This document shows, in pieces, positions 8,968 through 18,836 of a DNA stretch of 64,000 nucleotides. Position 1 is the stretch's first letter; the number at the start of each line of letters is the position of its first letter. The notes below the pieces were generated by a model. The model was not told where the DNA came from, did not search any database, and saw nothing but the letters and a program-made list of their open reading frames with translations. The translations under genes and the position numbers were made by a program. Where the stretch lies: contig JAIPFI010000001.1 of the NCBI GenBank assembly GCA_021736705.1, positions 2,729 to 66,728 of the forward strand, read 5' to 3'. Source of the DNA: Methylococcaceae bacterium (GTDB taxonomy: Bacteria; Pseudomonadota; Gammaproteobacteria; Methylococcales; Methylomonadaceae).

Positions 8968-10515
8968 ATGAGTTCATCAGACTCTGAAATTACTAAGTGG
9001 AAAGATAAATACTACAATGCCTTAGATGAGCTGGAATTGCTTGAGAGATCAAACAAAGACACGAGTGCTCTTTTTTGTCGAGCGTTAATACGATTATCAC
9101 TCGCGGCAAAAGGCTTCAATCAACAGTTAGATCCTTATTTATTAAGGGTTCGCAATCAATTAAAACAAGGTATTTCTAATCTTGAATTGGCCAATGAACT
9201 AACCAAGTTTTCCGAAGCTTTATTGCGTTTTGAAGATGGTACGGCTGAAGAACCTTTGCAAGATGCAGGGTTGTTATTTGATTTTTTAATAGCACAAGAA
9301 ACAAATCAGGGTAAAGTCGGCGCATTAAACTTATTTCGTAACCAATATGACACGGGAAAGATAGCAGACGCTAAGTCACTTCTTCAGCTATTAACAAAGT
9401 TCTGTGCGCCAGAAACGCTTGAAATAGATCACTGCACTAGTGATTTAAACGCATTTAGCGCTAATTTAGATATAAATTTTATTGCTGAACAACTTATTCA
9501 GCTCATTCAAGATATGGATATGCCTGATACATTACAGGCAGATGCTAAAAAAATCACGCAGGCATTAAAAAAATCACAGACAGAAGAAAGTTTTCGAGAG
9601 CATGTTGATGCTGCATTGGCACTTTTACAGAGCATTAAAAAGCATGGGCAATTTGAGAAAAAAGAAATGGAAATATTTCTTGCTCATGTCACGCAGCAAT
9701 TAACGAGTTTAGGAGGAAGTGTTAGTAGCGCTTCCGTTTCAACAAAAGAAATATTTGTTAAAAGAAATAATTTGGATTTGTCGGTTGTTACGAAAATGGA
9801 GGAATTACAAGTAAGCTCCGCAAGTGCGACAAAGTTAGAGCCATTAAAGCAACTAATTAAGTCCGAGCTAGATAATATAAGCGCACAAATTCAAACCTAT
9901 AAGCAAGAAGAGAAAAATCAGCAGGTTAAGACTGAGCAGTTGGTGGCTGTAATGGCAGCAGAAATTGAAGCAGTGAAAGCGGAAGCCCAATCTTTAAAAG
10001 AAAGTCTTAAACAGGTATCCGTACAAGCATTAACCGATGTATTGACTAAGTTACCTAATCGCGCTGCCTATGATCAGCGTTTTAAGGCTGAATGCGCGCG
10101 CTGGCATCGAAATAAGGAGCCTTTGAGCTTGTTAGTTTGGGATATCGATTTTTTTAAGAAAATTAATGATAATTATGGGCATAAAACGGGTGATAAAACG
10201 TTAATTATTATTGCCAAGTTATTAAGTCAATATTGTAGGGAAACGGATTTTGTTTCGCGCTTTGGTGGCGAAGAATTCACTATGTTATTGTCTAATACCA
10301 ATAGTGATGCGGCTTTAGTGTTAGCAGAAAAAATCCGCCGTATTATTGAAAAAACTGGCTTTAATTATGCCGGGCAGGCGATTAGTATTACTATTTCTTG
10401 TGGTATTGCTGAGCTGAGGGACAATGATACTCAAGAAACTCTGTTTGTGCGCGCCGATACGGCGCTTTATGACGCAAAGAAAAAAGGGCGTAATCAATGT
10501 GTGATTGCTGCCTAG
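8968..10515 (+). CDS. Diguanylate cyclase (coiled-coil N-terminus + GGDEF)
   Basis: TDVLTKLPNR, DIDFFKKIND.YGH..GD, RxxD I-site (RETD), RFGGEEF. Confidence 0.93.
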   Translation: MSSSDSEITKWKDKYYNALDELELLERSNKDTSALFCRALIRLSLAAKGFNQQLDPYLLRVRNQLKQGISNLELANELTKFSEALLRFEDGTAEEPLQDAGLLFDFLIAQETNQGKVGALNLFRNQYDTGKIADAKSLLQLLTKFCAPETLEIDHCTSDLNAFSANLDINFIAEQLIQLIQDMDMPDTLQADAKKITQALKKSQTEESFREHVDAALALLQSIKKHGQFEKKEMEIFLAHVTQQLTSLGGSVSSASVSTKEIFVKRNNLDLSVVTKMEELQVSSASATKLEPLKQLIKSELDNISAQIQTYKQEEKNQQVKTEQLVAVMAAEIEAVKAEAQSLKESLKQVSVQALTDVLTKLPNRAAYDQRFKAECARWHRNKEPLSLLVWDIDFFKKINDNYGHKTGDKTLIIIAKLLSQYCRETDFVSRFGGEEFTMLLSNTNSDAALVLAEKIRRIIEKTGFNYAGQAISITISCGIAELRDNDTQETLFVRADTALYDAKKKGRNQCVIAA

Positions 10516-10587
10516 TCTGTTGAGTTTTGTAGCGAGCTGATTCGCTGATTGCTTTAGCGTGTAGTAAAAATCTAGGTATCTAAATAA

Positions 10588-10612
10588 ATTCCCGATAAAA
10601 GATCTCGGGAAT
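10588..10612. repeat. Short palindrome ATTCCCGA...TCGGGAAT between convergent genes
   Basis: 8-bp perfect stem, 9-nt loop. Confidence 0.4.
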
Positions 10613-10638
10613 GGTGATTTTTTTTCCTCGAGGGAGCT

Positions 10639-10890
10639 TTACTTTACTAGGTCAGAAGGGCTTTCATTTGCCACTGGTTTGTCTTGTTTGACTACTTCAG
10701 ATAACGGTGACCCCTGTCTATTGCCTTCGCCAAATAATACGGCTGCTGCCATAAATAAGACTATGCTCACAGCAACAATGATAAACCGGCTCGGTTTTTC
10801 CATCCAAAATAATAGCCAGTTGGGCTTAATTAAGCCAACTATTAATATACCAACACTTAAAACAAGTAAGTTAATCGCCCAGACAATCAT
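10639..10890 (-). CDS. Small hypothetical membrane protein (2 TM helices)
   Basis: Two hydrophobic segments, GLIKP.W motif; AGGA upstream on the minus strand. Confidence 0.75.
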   Translation of the reverse strand: MIVWAINLLVLSVGILIVGLIKPNWLLFWMEKPSRFIIVAVSIVLFMAAAVLFGEGNRQGSPLSEVVKQDKPVANESPSDLVK

Positions 10891-10970
10891 AATATTTCCT
10901 GTTGTTTAAAAATAAACGTATATTGTACTGCTTAGAGAATGAAAGAAAATAACTTTTGAGGGGAACTGTA

Positions 10971-11435
10971 ATGTTGGAATGGTTAAATGCAAATATTGCT
11001 TACTGGCATTGGCTGGTTTTTGGGCTATGCTTGGCCATGGCAGAAATTATGTTACTGAGTTTTGTTTCTTTATGGTTCGGCTTAAGTGCGATTATTGTTG
11101 GTCTCTTGGTATGGATTTATCCGGTTTCATTTACTTTGCAACTGCTGATCTGGATTGTGCTTTCTATTTTTATTGTTTTCGCTTGGTTTAAGTGGGTTTC
11201 GCCCCATTTTAAGAATAAAACTTTTTCCGGGATGGCGCGTGAAGGCATGATCGGGCAAACGGGAACCGTGATTGAATATAACTCTGTGCATGAAGGACGC
11301 GGAAAGTTACGCTTTCCGGCGCCTATTTTAGGTAATGATGAGTGGCAATTTATTTGTACCGACCCCATTGAGATTGGTAGTCGGGTTATTGTGCGTGAAT
11401 TTTCAGGTAATACATTAATCGTTTCAGCTAAATAA
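10971..11435 (+). CDS. NfeD-family (YbbJ-like) membrane protein with C-terminal OB fold
   Basis: WHWLVFG..L..AE, IGQTGTV, G.DEW, V.V....GNTLIV; directly upstream of SPFH gene. Confidence 0.9.
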   Translation: MLEWLNANIAYWHWLVFGLCLAMAEIMLLSFVSLWFGLSAIIVGLLVWIYPVSFTLQLLIWIVLSIFIVFAWFKWVSPHFKNKTFSGMAREGMIGQTGTVIEYNSVHEGRGKLRFPAPILGNDEWQFICTDPIEIGSRVIVREFSGNTLIVSAK

Positions 11436-11473
11436 TAGTTGATTGTGTTAGTTAATTTAAAGAGGATTTAATA

Positions 11474-12319
11474 ATGGAAGGCTTATATATTGTCGGTGCA
11501 TTTGTTATTTTAGTGATTGTTACCGTTATCAAAGGGGTAAGAATTGTTCCGCAAGGTTATAAACACATTGTTCAGCGTTTAGGTAAGTACCATCAAACCC
11601 TAAATCCGGGTCTGAATTTTGTGATCCCGTATGTTGATTCAGTTATAGAAAGAATTACCACTAAAGATATTGTTTTAGATATACCCTCGCAAGAAGTGAT
11701 CACTAAAGATAATGCCGTTATTATCGCTAACGCAATAGCCTATATTAATATTGTTTCTCCAGAAAAAGCGGTTTACGGGGTAGAGAACTTTGTCATGGCG
11801 ATAGAAAAACTTATTCAAACGTCATTAAGGGCGATAGTGGGTGAAATGTCTTTGGATGATGCCTTATCTTCGCGCGATCATATTAAACAAAAACTAAAAG
11901 AAAGCATTTCTGATGACATTGCAGACTGGGGTATCACTTTAAAGACGGTAGAAATCCAAGATATTAATCCTTCGCAAACCATGCAAAAATCAATGGAAGA
12001 GCAGGGTGCGGCAGAGCGAGAACGTCGCGCAGCGGTGACGCGTGCAGAAGGCGCTAAACAAGCAGCAATTTTGGAGGCTGATGGTCGCTTAGAGGCTTCG
12101 CGTCGTGATGCAGAAGCGAAAATTTTACTCGCTGAAGCAAGTGGTAAAGCGATTGAAAGTATTTCTCTTGCGATTAAAGATCAAGACTTGCCAGCAACCT
12201 TTTTGTTGGGTGAAAAATATATTGAAGCTATGCGTGAGTTAGCTAAATCGGATAATGCTAAAACCGTGCTTATTCCTGCTGATTTAATTCATGCGGTTAA
12301 AGGTATCTTGGGTAAATAA
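11474..12319 (+). CDS. SPFH/band-7 (stomatin-like, QmcA-type) protein
   Basis: IVPQG...IVQRLGKY, QEVITKDNA, LRAIVGEMSLD, AERERRA. Confidence 0.93.
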   Translation: MEGLYIVGAFVILVIVTVIKGVRIVPQGYKHIVQRLGKYHQTLNPGLNFVIPYVDSVIERITTKDIVLDIPSQEVITKDNAVIIANAIAYINIVSPEKAVYGVENFVMAIEKLIQTSLRAIVGEMSLDDALSSRDHIKQKLKESISDDIADWGITLKTVEIQDINPSQTMQKSMEEQGAAERERRAAVTRAEGAKQAAILEADGRLEASRRDAEAKILLAEASGKAIESISLAIKDQDLPATFLLGEKYIEAMRELAKSDNAKTVLIPADLIHAVKGILGK

Positions 12320-12344
12320 GAATAGAGTAGGGCGGACTTTAGTT

Positions 12345-12446
12345 GTAAGCATTCAGTCCCCCTCCTTATCAAGGAGGGGTTAGGGGAGGTTTTATCAGAC
12401 AAACTCTCTTCAACTCCGCTATCCAAGGGGGTATGTGAACAGTTAC
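12345..12446. mobile_element. 102-bp MITE-like insert with 8-bp target duplication, inserted into a GTAG-type REP
   Basis: CTTTAGTT at 12337-12344 and 12447-12454; ends GTAAGCATTCAG / GTGAACAGTTAC (8/12 inverted match); internal hairpin CCCCTCCTT-ATC-AAGGAGGGG. Confidence 0.72.
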
Positions 12447-12504
12447 CTTTAGTTCGTCTTTGTGTCATTTAAACCTATACTTAGAGCAGCTATAAGGACA
12501 TTCG

Positions 12505-13413
12505 ATGCATCATCAAACTCTCAATCAAGTTATTCAATCCGCAAACAGCATTATCTTAGGTAAAGAGCAGCAGATTCGTTTGTCATTATGCTGTTTACTT
12601 TCTGGTGGACATTTATTAATCGAAGATATTCCCGGTGTAGGTAAAACCACGCTGGCACATACTTTGGCCAAATTGATGGGCTTACATTACCAGCGTATAC
12701 AATTTACCAGTGATTTATTGCCCGCAGATATTATTGGTGCAACGATTTATAACCCCGAGGAACATCAATTCTCATTTCATCAGGGCGCTATTTTTAATCA
12801 AATGGTTTTAGCAGATGAAATAAATCGTGCCACGCCGAAAGCGCAAAGCGCTTTATTAGAGGCGATGGAAGAGCAACAAGTAACCGTAGAAGGACATACT
12901 TACCCATTGCCGCAGCCATTCTTTGTTATTGCCACGCAAAATCCATCGCATCAATTAGGTACTTTTCCTTTGCCTGAGTCTCAGCTAGATCGCTTCTTGA
13001 TGCGTATCGAGTTAGGTTATCCAAATCATGATGCAGAACGGGAATTATTGAGTGGCACTAATCGGCATAAATTAATTGCTACATTAGAAGCGCAATTACC
13101 GACAGAAAAATTATTGTTAGTGCAGCAAGCAGCCAAAGAGGTGCATGTTTCTTCTGCATTGCTTGATTATGTGCAAGCCTTAATTAGCTTTACCCGTGAG
13201 TCAGATGAATATCACACCGGCTTGTCGCCGCGTGCAGGTCTAGCCTTATTGAGCGCGGCTAAATCATGGGCATATATGCAGCAACGTGATGCGGTCATTC
13301 CTGAAGATGTGCAGGCCGTGCTTGGACCTGTTGCCGGGCATCGGTTACGTGCTGGGCATACCAATTCAGAAAATATTGTCGCGCCTTTGTTAGCTCAGGT
13401 CGCTATTCCTTAA
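12505..13413 (+). CDS. MoxR-family AAA+ ATPase
   Basis: EDIPGVGKT, RIQFTSDLLPAD, LADEINRA.PKAQSALLEAM, ATQNP, LDRF. Confidence 0.95.
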   Translation: MHHQTLNQVIQSANSIILGKEQQIRLSLCCLLSGGHLLIEDIPGVGKTTLAHTLAKLMGLHYQRIQFTSDLLPADIIGATIYNPEEHQFSFHQGAIFNQMVLADEINRATPKAQSALLEAMEEQQVTVEGHTYPLPQPFFVIATQNPSHQLGTFPLPESQLDRFLMRIELGYPNHDAERELLSGTNRHKLIATLEAQLPTEKLLLVQQAAKEVHVSSALLDYVQALISFTRESDEYHTGLSPRAGLALLSAAKSWAYMQQRDAVIPEDVQAVLGPVAGHRLRAGHTNSENIVAPLLAQVAIP

Positions 13414-13461
13414 ATTCAATTGCGCTAAAGCAACTTTAGTGCGACCTGTAATGGCTGATCT

Positions 13462-14361
13462 ATGAGTTCTGCATCCAAAAGCATTGCCCTCAATTACCGC
13501 AATATTTATATCTTACCGACTCGTCGAGGCTTAGGCTTTGTCATGCTCATCGCTTTATTATTGTTAATTGCGTTTATTTATAATAATAATTTGGTGTATT
13601 TACTGAGTTTTTTATTGGCCAGTTTGTTTTTTATTACTATTTTGCATACCGTTAAGTCTTTGCAGGGCTTGGTTATAAGCAAAGGGCATAGTGAGCCTGT
13701 TTTTGCTGGTGAATTTGCCTCTAGTAAAATAACGCTTAATAATCCTACGCCAATTGAGCGCTATAGCGTGCAAGTAGGCATTAATAAACACATGGCATTG
13801 CAAACAATAGATATTCCAGCGCAACAAAAACAGCGCTTGAATTTGGCTTATAAAACAGATAAACGCGGTTGGTTAGTAATGGCCAATCCAGTTATCTCAA
13901 GTTGCTACCCCTTCGGTTTATTTCGCGCTTGGCAGCGACTTAATTTAGATAGTAAAGTTTTAGTTTACCCAATGCCTAGTATGCAAGATTGCCCTTTGCC
14001 CGAGAATAATCAAGGCCAAGAGCAGCTAGGTAATGCGCAAAAAGGTCAGGATGACTTTTATGGCTTACAAAGCTATCAAACGGGTGACAGTATTCGGCAT
14101 ATCCATTGGCGCGCTTTTGCTAAAGGGCAGGGATTATTTACGCGGCAATACAGTGGCGCGCAAAGTGCAGAAATCTGGTTAGATTATGAGCAAGCCATGG
14201 CCGCAAGCCAAGAAGAGCGTTTAAGTATTATGTGTCGCTGGGTGCTTGATGCCGATGAAGCGGGTATGACTTATGGTTTTAGGTTGGCGGGTTTGATACT
14301 TGAGCCAAATCAGGGTGAAGCACACTCAAAAAAATGCTTAGAGGCATTGGCTTTATTCTAA
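13462..14361 (+). CDS. DUF58 domain protein
   Basis: IYILPT..G, YPFGLFRAW, DFYGL..YQ.GD..R.IHWRA; follows moxR. Confidence 0.9.
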   Translation: MSSASKSIALNYRNIYILPTRRGLGFVMLIALLLLIAFIYNNNLVYLLSFLLASLFFITILHTVKSLQGLVISKGHSEPVFAGEFASSKITLNNPTPIERYSVQVGINKHMALQTIDIPAQQKQRLNLAYKTDKRGWLVMANPVISSCYPFGLFRAWQRLNLDSKVLVYPMPSMQDCPLPENNQGQEQLGNAQKGQDDFYGLQSYQTGDSIRHIHWRAFAKGQGLFTRQYSGAQSAEIWLDYEQAMAASQEERLSIMCRWVLDADEAGMTYGFRLAGLILEPNQGEAHSKKCLEALALF

Positions 14362-14415
14362 GGGAAATGTAATACAATAAATGACCATCATTACTTAAGC
14401 CTTTGAAGTTAAAAT

Positions 14416-15258
14416 ATGCTCAGTTATCGTCATTCATATCATGCGGGAAATTACGCCGATGTGTTAAAGCACAGTGTGTTGATTCACATTCTTACCTACT
14501 TAAAAAAGAAAGAGAAGCCCTTTTGCTATGTGGATACGCATGCAGGTGCAGGTATGTATTCATTGCGTAGTGAGCAAGCCTTAAAAACTAATGAATACTT
14601 GCAGGGCATAGGCGCGTTATGGGAGCAAGAGAATTTGCCAAGTGCTATTGCTGAGTATAGAGAGCTGATCAAATCGTTTAATGATAAACAGGAATTAGCT
14701 TTTTATCCCGGATCACCGCTTATTGCTATGCACTTAATGCGTCAGCAGGATCGCTTGTTTTTATATGAATTGCATAATACTGAAATAAAAATCTTAGAAG
14801 CCGCAATAAAAAAAGATAAACGGGTCACGGTGCTGCATAAAGATGGTTTTCAAGATTGTCTGAGATTAATGCCGCCACAACAAAGGCGAGGCTTAGTGCT
14901 GATTGACCCCTCGTATGAAATGAAAACAGATTATCAGCAGGTTATAGATACGCTGATTCAATTACATAAACGTTTTGCTACAGGCACTTATGCGCTTTGG
15001 TATCCGGTCGTTGAGCGACAACGAATTAATGAATTAGAGCAAAAGATTGCTGCGAGCCAGCTAAGCAATGTACAGCTTTTTGAGTTAGGACAAGTAGCGG
15101 ATAGCGATCAGCTCGGAATGAATGCTAGCGGCATGATTGTGGTTAATCCTCCATGGACTTTAAAAGCAGAAATGGAACAAGTTTTACCTTATTTAGCTAA
15201 ACAGTTGGGCATCGAGGGGCAAGGTAGTTATCGAATTAAGCAACTGAAGGCTGAATAA
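14416..15258 (+). CDS. rlmJ: 23S rRNA m6A2030 methyltransferase RlmJ
   Basis: MLSYRHSYHAGNYADVLKH, DTHAGAG, YPGSP, LIDPSYE, NPPW. Confidence 0.96.
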   Translation: MLSYRHSYHAGNYADVLKHSVLIHILTYLKKKEKPFCYVDTHAGAGMYSLRSEQALKTNEYLQGIGALWEQENLPSAIAEYRELIKSFNDKQELAFYPGSPLIAMHLMRQQDRLFLYELHNTEIKILEAAIKKDKRVTVLHKDGFQDCLRLMPPQQRRGLVLIDPSYEMKTDYQQVIDTLIQLHKRFATGTYALWYPVVERQRINELEQKIAASQLSNVQLFELGQVADSDQLGMNASGMIVVNPPWTLKAEMEQVLPYLAKQLGIEGQGSYRIKQLKAE

Positions 15259-15265
15259 GGTGATG

Positions 15266-15322
15266 GTGGGAGGGGTTTTTGGCTGGGACTTTATATAAGT
15301 CCCAGCCAAAAGCCCCTCCCAC
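15266..15322. repeat. REPIN-like long hairpin with GTGG ends
   Basis: GTGGGAGGGGTTTTTGGCTGGGACTT-TATAT-AAGTCCCAGCCAAAAGCCCCTCCCAC, near-perfect 26-bp stem. Confidence 0.75.
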
Positions 15323-15398
15323 AAAATATAAGGTATAGCTGAGCTATTGCTACTTCTTAACTAGGGTAAGTAAGCAAAACAAGAGGAAGTATTCACTT

Positions 15399-17357
15399 AT
15401 GGAGCAGATAATCAATCAGCGGACACTTATTTTCTTGCTTAGCTCTATAGGTTTAATAACCTTACCGCATGCGTTTCATGTGCCCGTACCCATTATTAGT
15501 TTTTTCTTTGTTCTCTTAATATGGCGCGCTATTGGTATTTGGCGACCTGCTTATTTGCCTAATCAATTTTTGGTTTTTTTGTTATTACTGAGTGGTATCG
15601 CTTTATTGGTTATCATGCATCAAGGCGTGTTTGGTCGTGATGCTGGGACGGCAATTTTTGTGACTGCCTTAGGTCTGAAATTACTGGAAATCAAAACCCA
15701 ACGTGATTTGTATTTAATTACCTACCTGGCCTTTATTGTTGCTGCTTCGCAATTTCTATATGTGCAGAATATTCTGATGGCGGGTTATACCTTGCTCGTT
15801 TGTATCAGTTTATTAGGCACTTTATTGTGTATTAATAGTGGTAGTTTGGGTAACTGGCAATCATTAAAAGTAGCTGGTAAGTTGTTAGCGCAAGCCTTAC
15901 CACTAACAATTATCCTGTTTATCTTTTTTCCACGATTAGAAGCACCGCATTGGTCGTTTTTGCAAGAAGATAACAAAGCCATGACCGGCCTTAGCGATAC
16001 TTTGGAGCCGGGTTCAATCAGTCAGTTAGGTTTGTCGGGCGAGCGAGTTTTTCGCGCAAAGTTTTCTGGCGCTATACCTCCGAATGAACAGCGCTACTGG
16101 CGTGGTCCGGTATTTTCTTATACCGATGGCAAAAAATGGGAGCAAACTAAAAATACTTATTTTAAGCGTTATTTGGATAAAATTAAGTTTTTTGGAGATG
16201 CTTATCAATATAAGATTTTAATGGAACCGCAAAGTAAAAATTGGGTTTTTGCTTTGGAGATGCCAGCAGCTTTTGAGTGGCCATTATATGAGAATGGTCA
16301 CCACCAGCTACTGACTTCTGAGTCACCAAATAAGCGTGCGGAATATGATATTAGCTCCTATGTAAATTACAACACAGGTTATATTACTAAAACAGAGCTG
16401 AGCGAAAACTTGCAATTACCTAAACCGCCAGAGTCGCGAGTAAAAGATTTAGTTAAGCAATTAGGTGGCTTTACAGAAAAGCCAGAAACTTATATTAATC
16501 ATTTATTTTTACATTTTCGCCAGAATAAATTTTATTACACTTTAATGCCGCCATTGATGGCAGAAAACCCGATTGAGACGTTTTTATTTGATACGCGAGC
16601 AGGTTTTTGTGGCCATTATGCGACCGCCTTCGTTTATTTAATGCGTGTTGCGCGGATTCCTGCGCGTGTAGTCAGCGGCTATCAAGGAGGCGAATATAAT
16701 GAGACTGGTGGCTTTATAGAAGTCAGGCAAGCGAATGCGCATGCTTGGGCTGAAGTTTGGCTGTCCGGTAAAGGCTGGGTGCGCTATGACCCGACGACGG
16801 CTGTTGCGCCTGAGCGGGTGGAGCAAGATGTTAATATTGAACAGCAAATCGCCAATAATGTGGTGAGTTTTGCTCCGGTACAATTAGATAGCCAGACGCT
16901 TTTTTTGCTCAAGCGGGCACGCAACTTATGGAGTAGTGTCGATTATAGTTGGCAGCGTTGGATTGTTAATTATGATCGTCAGAATCAAGCGAGCTTTTTA
17001 TCTAAGCTAGGCATTAGCGGATTTAAAAAAATGTTCTACTGGCTGCTGGGCTTATTAGCGGCAGTTATTTTCGTGTTCGCGCTTATGTTGCTGCGTAAAC
17101 AAAAAACGGTGCTTGATGTGGCGCAAATTTATTATCTGCAAGCTTGTGCTAAGTTAGCCAAATTAGGCTTGATTCGAGCGGAAAATGAAGGGGCTAACGA
17201 CTTTTTAGTGCGCGTTACCGAGCAGCAACCGCAGGTCGGGTTAGCATTTACACAGATTACTCGGTTATATGTCAGCTTACGGTATACAAAAGAACCAGCT
17301 CCAGAGTGTTTAGATCAGTTGCAAACGGCCGTTTCGGGCTTTCATCCTAAGGGGTAA
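15399..17357 (+). CDS. TgpA-like membrane transglutaminase (DUF3488 + TGase + DUF4129)
   Basis: Multi-TM N-terminus, YWRGPV, catalytic GFCGHYA / HAWAEVW / YDPT. Confidence 0.92.
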   Translation: MEQIINQRTLIFLLSSIGLITLPHAFHVPVPIISFFFVLLIWRAIGIWRPAYLPNQFLVFLLLLSGIALLVIMHQGVFGRDAGTAIFVTALGLKLLEIKTQRDLYLITYLAFIVAASQFLYVQNILMAGYTLLVCISLLGTLLCINSGSLGNWQSLKVAGKLLAQALPLTIILFIFFPRLEAPHWSFLQEDNKAMTGLSDTLEPGSISQLGLSGERVFRAKFSGAIPPNEQRYWRGPVFSYTDGKKWEQTKNTYFKRYLDKIKFFGDAYQYKILMEPQSKNWVFALEMPAAFEWPLYENGHHQLLTSESPNKRAEYDISSYVNYNTGYITKTELSENLQLPKPPESRVKDLVKQLGGFTEKPETYINHLFLHFRQNKFYYTLMPPLMAENPIETFLFDTRAGFCGHYATAFVYLMRVARIPARVVSGYQGGEYNETGGFIEVRQANAHAWAEVWLSGKGWVRYDPTTAVAPERVEQDVNIEQQIANNVVSFAPVQLDSQTLFLLKRARNLWSSVDYSWQRWIVNYDRQNQASFLSKLGISGFKKMFYWLLGLLAAVIFVFALMLLRKQKTVLDVAQIYYLQACAKLAKLGLIRAENEGANDFLVRVTEQQPQVGLAFTQITRLYVSLRYTKEPAPECLDQLQTAVSGFHPKG

Positions 17358-17397
17358 AATAGCCGTAATTTTTTGTGTTGTTTATAGGTTTTTAATA

Positions 17398-18273
17398 ATG
17401 AAATTAGTGACATTTACTTATCAAGGCATTAGCCGAGTCGGTGCAGTAGTTGATAATACAGTGGTTGATGGTTTAGGGCAGGCAGATATTCCACAAACGA
17501 TGCTTGAGTTTCTGGCGGCAGGGCAGCCGACTTTGGACGCTTTGCAACAATTAATCGATAGTCAGCAGCAACGTATTGCTTTAAATGATGTGAAGTTAAT
17601 GGCACCGATTCCAAGACCGGGTAAATTTTTAGGTGTTGGGTTAAATTATGCAGATCATATTGCTGAAACGGCCTTAGACAGACCAGAATATCCGACTTTT
17701 TTTACCAAGCAAGGTACTTGTGTGATTGATCAAGGTGTCGCGATTCATGTGCCTAAAGTATCGGAAAAATTAGATTATGAAGTGGAATTGGCTTTTGTTA
17801 TCGGCCGGCGTTGCCGGCATGTGTCGCTAAAAGATGCGCATAAAGTCATTGCCGGCTATACCTTAGTTAATGATGTTTCTGTGCGTGACTGGCAGTTTCG
17901 CTCGCCCACCTGGACTTTAGGTAAATCCTTTGATACGCATGGGCCGATGGGGCCTTGGATTGTCACGGCAGATGAAATTCGTGATCCGCATAATTTGAAT
18001 TTAAAAACGTGGATAAATGATGAGTTACGCCAATCATCGAATACTCAGCATATGATTTTTAACTGCTATGAAATGATTGCTTATTTAACGCAGGCGATGA
18101 CCTTAGAGCCTGGAGATGTTATTGCCACAGGCACGCCAAGCGGTGTCGGCGTAAAAATGAAACCGCGTGGCTATATGAAAGCAGGGCAGACGGTGAGAAT
18201 AGAAATTGAGCATATTGGCTCTTTGACTAACCCCGTAATTGATGAGCCGGATGACTTTGTTTTACCGCTATAG
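17398..18273 (+). CDS. Fumarylacetoacetate hydrolase family protein
   Basis: GLNYADH, DYEVELA, NDVSVRD, KSFDT..PMGP, TGTPSGVG. Confidence 0.93.
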   Translation: MKLVTFTYQGISRVGAVVDNTVVDGLGQADIPQTMLEFLAAGQPTLDALQQLIDSQQQRIALNDVKLMAPIPRPGKFLGVGLNYADHIAETALDRPEYPTFFTKQGTCVIDQGVAIHVPKVSEKLDYEVELAFVIGRRCRHVSLKDAHKVIAGYTLVNDVSVRDWQFRSPTWTLGKSFDTHGPMGPWIVTADEIRDPHNLNLKTWINDELRQSSNTQHMIFNCYEMIAYLTQAMTLEPGDVIATGTPSGVGVKMKPRGYMKAGQTVRIEIEHIGSLTNPVIDEPDDFVLPL

Positions 18274-18282
18274 TTGATTGCA

Positions 18283-18303
18283 AAGGCGGATTTTATCCGC
18301 CTT
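18283..18303. repeat. REP-core-like perfect hairpin between convergent genes
   Basis: AAGGCGGAT-TTT-ATCCGCCTT. Confidence 0.6.
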
Positions 18304-18309
18304 ATGGCT

Positions 18310-18798
18310 TTAATTTTTACCACAACAACGCTTGAATTTCTTGCCGCTACCACAGGTACATTGGGCATTGAGGCCTTGATTCATCGGGCCGTCGCTTGAG
18401 CCGACAGATTTAACTTTGCCATCCAGATAAAACCAGTGTCCTTGTTTTTTGATAAAGCGGCTAATTTCGTTCATCACTTGTGCTTCGCCATCTTGAGTAA
18501 AGTAAGCTTTAAACTCAATAATACCCTTGCTGTCTTTTTCCGTGCCTTTTTTCGTCGAAATAATATCTAGGCTGATCCATTCCCCTGTTTCTTTAGAAAA
18601 ATCAATAGTTTCAGGGCGGCCAGGTGCATCCCAGGTTTGTAATAAATAATCGCCATTACGCATGGCATAGGCAGTAAATCGTGAACGCATTAATGCCTTG
18701 GCTGTTGTTGCGTGGTTTTCCCCGGAATGTAGCAGTCCACAGCACTGCTCATAAGGAAGGTCGGAGCCGCAAAGGCAGTTGTTAGCTTGTGTCGTCAT
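18310..18798 (-). CDS. ychJ: YchJ family protein with N- and C-terminal SEC-C motifs
   Basis: CLCGS...Y.QCC, LMRSRFTAY, YLLQTW, EISRF, WFYLDG, CTCGSGKKFKRCC. Confidence 0.9.
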   Translation of the reverse strand: MTTQANNCLCGSDLPYEQCCGLLHSGENHATTAKALMRSRFTAYAMRNGDYLLQTWDAPGRPETIDFSKETGEWISLDIISTKKGTEKDSKGIIEFKAYFTQDGEAQVMNEISRFIKKQGHWFYLDGKVKSVGSSDGPMNQGLNAQCTCGSGKKFKRCCGKN

Positions 18799-18836
18799 GT
18801 TTAGGTATTAATAATGGTTTGTTTTTATGAAATACG

